Source: Deltaproteobacteria bacterium (GTDB taxonomy: Bacteria > Bdellovibrionota > FAC87 > UBA2466). Taken from it: 64,000 nucleotides of DNA. Below are positions 27,931 through 36,900 of the stretch, in pieces. Below the pieces are notes generated by a model, which saw only the letters and a list, made by a program, of their open reading frames with translations, was not told the origin of the DNA and did not search any database. The DNA lies in NCBI GenBank assembly GCA_016196825.1, contig JACPWY010000055.1, positions 70 to 64,069 on the forward strand. Direction: 5' to 3'. The first letter of the stretch is position 1. Every line of letters begins with the position of its first letter. The translations under genes were made by a program, and so were the position numbers.

Positions 27931-30900
27931 ATGTGTGTCTCGGGGAAAAATGTGCGTATTGGGCTGGTTTTGGTGGTTCTTGCCGCCCTGGCCAGCTGCC
28001 GATTCAACATGTCCGACCGATCTCCTTCGGGCGTCAGCTCGGTCACGAGTCCGGCCACCCCCTCCTCAACGACGGCGACCACCGCTGGAGGCGACACCTC
28101 CCTCACCTCGGTAACCGCCGGACCAGCCGTCAAACTGGCGGTCAATGGGCTTCCACCCTTTCAGGCGGGTGTTTGTGCTGGCCCCTTTACGATCACCGCA
28201 ATCGACGCCCACGGGAACGTCGCGACCCCTTCCAACAACACCGAGCTTTTCAAGCTCGAGGGCACCCCGCCCAACGCCATTTTTATTGATGTCAATTGCA
28301 CGGAGCTCGCCCCTGAAGGATCCGTTGTATCGGACTCTTCCGGCACCCGCGCTCTATTCTATGTGAACGGCACTCAAGCCTACTCCAAGGTGATCGCCGT
28401 CAACGGCGCCGGCGTGACGGGAACGTTTGGGATTCAAATCCTCAGTGGCACCCCCACCCGCCTTGAAGTGACTGCGCCAGCCGCCGTGTCGGCAGGCGAT
28501 TGCTTCGCAGGCGCCCTTTCACTCGTTGACAAAAATGGGAACGTCGCCACCGCCACAAAACGATTTTCCGCAGGCGTGCTCATTCATGGGCTTTCCAACG
28601 CCGGAGTTTTTTCTGATCCGCAGTGCTCCCAGCCGCTCGCCACGTTGGATTTCTCGGTGGGGACCTCCTCCCAGCCGTTTCATTTTCTCACACAGTCACC
28701 CGGCACCGGTTCCCTGGCCGCGCAAGCTCCGTCGGGACTGGAAGGAGGAAGCGCCAACCTCACCGTCTTCGTGGAAAATTCACCGCAGCTAGGCCTCATC
28801 CCTCCCCCGGGCCAGATGGTGGCCGGGCTATGTTCGGCATTTCGAATCGTTTCACTCGACACCGCCGGAAACACTCTGGTGACCCACAACGGCCTCCCCG
28901 TCACAGTGAGTTCCAAAACGAGCCAGCTCGTTCTCTTCTCCGATGCGGCGTGTTCCACTCCTCTCAATCCCGCCACAGTGACGCTTGCCGCGGAATCATC
29001 GACCAATCAATTTTTTGCCCGCAGCGAGCTTGCCCACACGGGGCAGGTGGCGGTCAGCGCCAGTGGGTATCTCTCTGCGACCGTCGCCCCCATTGTCGCG
29101 CCGGCCCCCGCAGTCTCTCTGTCGCTCGATTCTCTGCCCGACTCACTCACCATGGGCGGATGCATGACAGCTGTTGTGCGTTCCAAAGATCCGTTTGGAA
29201 ACGTATCGACCGTCCCGGTCGGTGTGCCGATCCTGATTTCCGGCTCAGGCACTGCCGCGACGGGAACCAATTTCTACGCCGGCGGCTCCTGCACGACCTC
29301 CGCCACCAAACAATTCACACTCGGCAATGGGTCCTCCCTCGCAGCCTTTTCATTCTCGCCTGGGAGCCCAGGGGCACTCACCATCACGCTCACCCCGAGC
29401 GGTCTCACCGGAAGTGGTGGAGCCACATCCACATCCGGCACTACGACGATCGCCCCCTCCCCCACTGTGCGCCTCTCGCTGAGCTCTTCGACAAGCGCCA
29501 TCATTGCGGGCCTCTGCGCCAAAATGTCTCTCTCAACCATCGACGCAGCCGGGACGGTAACGATGGCCCCCATCGACACCTCGGTCACTCTCTCAAATGA
29601 TCAGAGTCTGCAACCACTCTTTTTCTCGGACGCGTCGTGCTCCTCGGCCACATCCAATCTGATCGTGAGATCGGGGACGTCTTCCGCCGATTTTTACATT
29701 CAAAGCACAAAGATCAATGCAATCGTTGTCTCGGCCCAAGGGACCGATTCCACTGGAAAAGCGATCTCGACCTCAAAGGGAGTCGCCATCGTTGCAGCTG
29801 CGCCCTCTACGTTAAGCATCGGCTCGCTCGGAAGCGCCCCATCAGGAAAACTGTGCCTCGGCCCTGTCGCGGTCGACACCCTCGATCAATTCCGCAATCC
29901 AGCGATCGTTCCGAAGACCACATCATTCGCGCTGGAATCAACGGGAGCCGTCGAATTGCAATTCTCATCAAACTCGACCTGCTCTGACTCCATTAGCTCC
30001 CTCACGATCCCGGCGGGAAAAGGTGAAGGTGTCTTTTACGCCAAGGCCCAATCGGGAGGGGCGGTCTCATTTTCTATTTTGGGGGGAGACCTCCAGGGCT
30101 CGGGCGGCACCACGCTCAGCGATCCCCCCGCGCTGCACCTTGTGCTGGCAGGACCCTCATCGGCCTCAGCCACCGTCGGCACCTGCGTGGCCTTTCAGGT
30201 CGGGAGTGTCGACCCCACAAACACTCCTAAGATCTTTGATCCTAATACGATCACGGTCGGGGTCACTCCCACGACAAATGCAGTGTTTTTCTCGGACAGC
30301 AGCTGTGCAACGGGGCTGCCAAACAATCAAGTGACCATCAGCCCGGCGCTCAACCCCGCGCCTTTCTACTTCAAGTTCACGACGGCCCAGTCAATGACCA
30401 TCTCGGCCAACGGATCACTGAATTCACAGGGGGCGGGAAGCCAGCTTACGCTCACGCCAGCCAACCCTTCCCAGATTGTCTTGTCACCGATGGGTGCGGG
30501 CACCTTTTCGGCCTCGACTTGCGCGGGTCCCTATTCGGCTGAGGCGCAGGATAGTTTCGGTAACTCATCACCTGTGCGCTCAACGCTGCCATTCACTTTT
30601 CAACCCACGGGCGTGTCGGCCAGCTTCTACTCCGATGCGGCGTGCTCGACTTCAGGAGCGGCCATCGCAGCAGGCAAAACGTCCGGCCTTTTCTATATGA
30701 AGGGAGCCGAACCAGGGTCGCTCACCGTCTCAGTGGGCGCAACGTCGCTGCATAGCTCCTGGCGGATCTTCACCGTCGCAGCCGATGGCGCAGTGAAGCT
30801 CACGTTGCTCGGGCAACCGGTGACTCAGGCCTCATTCGGGTCGGTGAGCCAGGGGCAGACATCATCCCTCATCTTCACTCTGACCAATAGTTCGACCAGG

Positions 30901-33900
30901 ACGGCGGCGAGTAAAATCGCGGTGACGGTGAGCAGCAGCTCCTTTTCCGCCGCGCTTTCAACCGCACCCGCCGGTTGCAGCACCCTCACCGATCTCAAGC
31001 TAGCGCCGGGCCAACAGTGTGGATTCGGGGTCCTCTTCACCGCCAACAGCCAGGGCGCTGCCTCGGGATCACTCGACTACACCTTTTCGATGGGAGGCGC
31101 TTCTCAATCACAGTCGGTCTCTCTTTCCGGAACTGGCACCACCCCGCTCGCTGCAGTCCTCACAGCGTCTGCGCAGTCGATCGACTTTGGCATGCTCATG
31201 GCCGGCCAAACGACCAAACAGCATGTGACAGTGACCAATTCCGGAACTAGGGACGCCTCACAGATATCGCTCAGTGGAGTATCTGCTCCCTTCTCGGCCA
31301 GTTTTGAAAGCGGGTGCGCAACTCTAGCCCCGGGATCCGCATGTGACCTCACCCTCGCCGCTGCCCCCTCCACCTCGGGCAGCGCACAACAGACGCTCGT
31401 GATCGACTACTCCGATGGAACGGATCACACACCCAACCCTTCGACGGTGAGCCTCAAAGAGACGTCGAACCTACCAGCGGTACTGCAGGTCTCGAACTCA
31501 TCGCTTTCATTTCCAGCCACGGTCGTAAAGGGAACCTCCGGTGCGCAGACGCTGACAGTTACCAACATGGGAAGTCTTCCGGCCACGGAAGTCAGCTATT
31601 CCCTCTCCGGCTCGGCCTTCTCACTCAACAGCTCGAGCTGCCCGGCCACCCTGGATGCGTTCACGAGCTGCGCACTTTCGATCACCTTTAACCCAACCGC
31701 GCTGGGTTCCTTTTCGGACGTCCTCTCCATCAGTTACACGAGCTACGCTCAAGCCAAGGCCACCACCGTGGCGATCGTTTCCGGGGATTCGACTTCGCCT
31801 CCCCACTTGATCTTTAACCCCGCGCTGGGGACATTCGCTCCCACCGCCATCAACAAGGCAGCACCATCGGTCAGTCTACTCCTTACAAACTCCGGTAATG
31901 GCGATGCCCAAGGGATCACGCTTGCAACCTCCGCCCCTTTCTCCGTGAACTCCACCGAGTGCAGCATGCTCAACGCCGGACAATCGTGTTTCGTTAAGGT
32001 CGGTTTCACTCCGACTGCCGCGGGGTCCTTCTCGAGCACGCTCACGGCCAACTGCTCTAATGCTACGCTTGGGTGCGCGGCCACCACCGCCTCCCTCACT
32101 GGCAGCACGTTGCCTCAATCCTCCCTCACCCTGAGCGCAACCCAGCTCTCCTTTGGCCTCTTAACGATCGGCCAGACGATGACCGAGACCATTACGCTCA
32201 GCAACAGTGGCGCCTTAGGAAATCCCGCGATCCAACTCTCGACGCCGCAGCTGGGAGGCTCCAATTCGGCAGCGGCTCTGGCTCTCACTCATAGTTGCGG
32301 CACCACCCTGGCGAGCGGATCAAGTTGCACGGTTTCCGTCACCTTTAGTCCAACGAACGCCGGAACCTTTGACAACACTCTCGATATCGTTTGGAGCTCC
32401 GGCAACGGCCTCACTACATCAACCGTTGGTCTTTCCGCGTCAGCCCTCTCCGCGGCAAACGTCACGCTCTCTCCGGCAACGTCCAATTTTCCTGACACAG
32501 TTGTCGGTAATACGTCACAAGCAATCGCAGTCACCGTCTCTAATGGCGGTCAGAGCAGCGCGAAGGACATTGTGATTTCAGGCCCAACCTCGGTGTTCAT
32601 CCGCTCCGCCGCCACCTGCCCGCCCGAACCTTTCGCGCTCGCTGCTGGTGCCAATTGCACCGTTAGCTACACCTTTACCCCACCCGGTATAGGAAAGACG
32701 ACCCACTCCTTCGGAGGCACCTTTGCTGGCACTTCCGGCGCAACGAGTATCGGAAACATTTCTTTCTCCGGCACCGGCATTGCAACCGCCTCACTTGTCG
32801 TTGATGAAACATCTCTGAACTTCCCTCCCACATCCGTTGGAAAAAGCTCACAAGCGAGTCTTGTTTTCACGAACACCGGAAATGGTCCCGCCTCCCAAAT
32901 CAATTTAGCCAACAATCTCGCAAGTCCCTACTTTCTTTCGGGCCCGCTTTGCTCGTCGCTCGCTGCTGGAGCCCAATGCACCGTCACCATCACCTTCACC
33001 CCGGTTGCGATTGGCACATTTCCGAGTAACGTTCAGGTGCAATACTCCGACGGATCCACCCTCCAGAAAACTTCGAGCATCTCCCTCACGGGGACAACCG
33101 GCGGAAAGGTGAACGCGACCCCCTCGACTGTGAGTTTCTCCAACGTTGTCGTCGGGCAGACCAATCATCAAGATGTAACGATCACTAACAATGGCGCGGT
33201 CAGCCTATCCTTTTTGGCGGCAGGCATCGATCCGAACAGCAGCCCTGGCTTCAGCGTCAATCCAGGTGCTTGTGGGACGCTGTCAGTTGGACAATCATGC
33301 GAAATCGTTTTTAGCTTAAGTCCCAACGCTGTCTCGAACTCACTCAGCGGTTCCTCAACCGTGCGATTTTCCGACAGCGTCGGAAACGTTGTAACCGCGC
33401 CCCCCATTGCACTTTCCGGCACCTCCGTGGGACTCGCCAAGCTCACGGTCGCTCCCCAATCGCTGACATTCAGCGACACTGTCATCGGAACACAGTCCGC
33501 CACCCAAACTCTCACGATCACCAATACCGGTGTCGGTCAGGCCACAAAGATCGCGCCAGCGCTTCCAGCCGATTTTCTCAACTCAGGGGGAAGCTGCGGG
33601 GCAAGTCCCTTCTCCCTCTCACCCAATGCCCAATGCACCATTTCTCTCATCTTCAAGCCAACAGCGGCTGAGGACCTTTCCCAGGCCATCACCGGGACTT
33701 ACTCTAACGGAGTTGCCGATGACATCTTCAGCTTTGACGTGAGGGGAAATGGCCAAACACCCGGCAATCTTATGCTCTCAGTGGCTAGCTTAGATTTCGG
33801 TTCGATTGCTCTGGGCACGACCTCGCCGTTAAGAAGTGTCACTGTCTCCAACACCGGAGGGTCGGCCGCGACCCAAATCACAATCCTCAATCTCTCCCCG

Positions 33901-36900
33901 CCCTTTAAAAACCCCTCTTCGAGTTGCGGCGCTCAACCCTTTGCCCTTGCGGCTGGATCGAGTTGTGAGCTCGACTACGCATTCAATCCGACCTCGGCAG
34001 GCAATTCCACGGAAAAACTCGCGGTAAACTATAGCAACGGAGTCGGGAGCGGAACTCAGCGCAGCCTCAATCTCTCAGGTACGGGGATGGGAGGCAGTTT
34101 CTCCGCCCTGCCCAACCCACTCAATTTCAACAACACGCTCCTCGGCCAGACCGGCAACCTTTCGGTTACCGTCACCAACACTGGAGCGACCAACCTGAAT
34201 TTCGCCGGCGCCGGAATCAATACTGGAAGCGGCGCCGGCTACAGCATCGCGAATGGCAACTGCGGATCGCTTTCTACCGGGGCCACCTGCTCACTGACCT
34301 ACTCCTTCACTCCCACGGCCATCTCTAGCTCCTTCAGCGGATCCTCCACGATCCAGTTCACCGATAACATGGACAACGCAGTGTCGCAGGTGTTGCCCCT
34401 TTCCGCATCGTCTTCGGGGGTCGGCCTTCTCTCCTCTTCGAAAGCATCATTGAGCTTCGGCGATGTCACCGTGGGCAGTTCATCGGCCGCGCAAACGTTC
34501 ACGGTTACCAATATCGGCTCGGGCCCGGCGACCCAAATCTCGTGGAGCGGCCCATCGCCCGATTTTGTGGTCAACTATGGTTCGTGTGGCTCCAATGCCT
34601 CTCTTGCGGCGGGGGCCCAATGCACCGTCAGCCTCTCGCTGAAGCCCGCAGCGCCGGGAACTTTCAATCAAACCCTCACGGTTGGCTATTCCGACGGACA
34701 AACAACAACCACGGCAAACATGGTGACCGTCTCGGGAAGAGGCCTCGGCCCCGCCAATTTGGCTCTTTCACCCTCATCTCTCGATTTCAGTGGCATTGCG
34801 GTCGGTGCCACTTCTCCCACGAAGTTGGTGACGATCACAAACAGCGGCTCGGCCACTGCTTCGAACATTCTTCTCAACCCCACTCTCTCAGGCAATAGTT
34901 TCACCAAGGTCAGCTCCACCTGCGGGAACGAGCCCTTCGTTCTCGCCGCGGGGACAAATTGCCAAATCAATCTCGCCTTTTCGCCGGCGGTCGCGGGATC
35001 GGCCTCGCAGATCTATAGCGTGAGCTATTCCGATAGCGTTTCTCAACAAAGTGGCAGCACTCTGACGTTGAACGGAACCGGAATCGAGGCGGCCGTCCTC
35101 ACCACAAATCTGTCGAATGTTGTTTTCCCCTACACCGCTCTCGGTCAATCCTCGAGCGCAACGGTTGTCCTGACCAACGCGGGCGGAACCGATGCCACGC
35201 AAATCGCCCTGTCACCTTCCACGCTTCCAGCCCATTTCAGTTATGGGAACAGCACCTGCGACAGCACTCTGTCACCCGGCGCGACCTGCAGTCTCACCCT
35301 CAACTTCATTCCCAAAGTGAGCGGCACCTTCACGGCGTCTCTGCAGATCACTTACAATAATGGCACCCCCACGACGCCAACTCCGCCCTCCATAAGCTTA
35401 ACGGGAACTACCGCCGGCGCGTATTCCCTCACGACGGCCTCACTCGACTTCGGAGCAGTCCCAGTCGGGTCGAGCAAGAATCTCTCCCTGACCGTGACAA
35501 ATATCGGGGCTCCAACAATTACCTCCTCAACCCCAACGATGGACACCGGCTCCGATGCCGCCTTTCGGTTGATCAACTCGACATGCTCGACGCTCGCATC
35601 CGGGCAAAACTGTTTAATCACATATTCATTTCAGCCCACGACTGCGATGACGAACGCCGGAGGCGCCTCCACGCTGGCCTTCACCAATCCCGACAATAGC
35701 CCGCTCCCTTCCACTCAGGTGAGAATGACTGCTTCAGCCCCCGGTGTCGCGAGAATCACCGCCTCTCCGTCTACTCTGGCCTTTGGCCCCATCGCGGTGA
35801 ATGGCTCCTCCAGCCCCCAAACGCTCACTCTCACCAATGCCGGCACGGGCCCAGCCACCCAGCTCGCCTGGAGCGGGGTAACGAACGACTTTTCTATTGC
35901 CTTTAGCACTTGTCCCAATGGCTCCGCGCTTTCAGTCGGCGCGCAGTGCACGATTTCTGTCACTTTTAGACCAACATCAGCCGCCACATTCTCCCAATCC
36001 CTGGCACTCAGCTATTTCGATGGCACGGCCAATAGCAATCTCATCGCCTCTACACTCACGGGGCAGGGAGTGGGTGCGGGAGTGATGGCCTTAAGTCCTC
36101 TGAGCCTTGATTTCGGAAGCGTACTGGTGGGACAGACGAAAGCGCTCAATTTTGCGATCACGAACACGGGTACTGGTCCCATCACCAATGTTCAATTTTC
36201 ATCACCCGTCGCTTTGCCCTTTGCGACGGGCTCGTTGTGTTCATCCATTCAGCCGGGTGCCAGTTGCCAACTGAGCACGGCCTTTCTTCCGTCTGCGGCC
36301 GGAACCTTTCAGGCCACGGGCCAGCTCAGTTATTACGACGGCGCCTCAGCCCAGCTCTCGCCGGCGTTCACGCTCTCAGGGCACACCGGACCAGCTTTTA
36401 GGTTCAGTCCGACATCACTCAGTTTTGGAAACGTTGCCTATGGGACAACCTCGACGGCGCAGGCCATCACGATCACCAACACCGGCGGCACTTCCATTAA
36501 GCTGAATACCATTCTCTTCGACGGACAAAACTCTCCTCAAAATGGGTTCAGACTAGTCACCAGCAATTGCGGCACAACCCTCTCCCCAAACGGGATCTGC
36601 ACACTCTCGGCCACTTTCACTCCGGCGGCGGCCAACTCGGGTTACTCCTCCGTCTGGACAATCAGCTTCGTTGATGCCGTGACAAGTAGTAATCCCATCT
36701 CCGGGTCAATCATTCTGAGCGGTTCAGGCACGTCACCAGGAGCACTCTCAGCCAACCCAGCCTCTTTCTCCTATGGTACGGTGTCGCTCGGTTCAACAGC
36801 CAACACCACGATAGTCATTTCAAACCCAGGTGGAACATCGACTCTGATCACGGGGGTCACGGCTCTGGCGAGCCCTTTCAGGGCAGTCAATCAATGCACT

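Noticed and set aside
28623-29600. Long alternate-frame and antisense ORFs inside the giant lipoprotein gene. Examples are 28623-29600(+), 36894-37643(+), 37875-38687(+) and 38713-39222(-), plus many shorter ones.
   Set aside because: They lie wholly within a strongly supported 11.5-kb repeat-protein ORF. Their proteins are Arg/Pro/His-rich and low-complexity, typical of off-frame translation in high-GC DNA.
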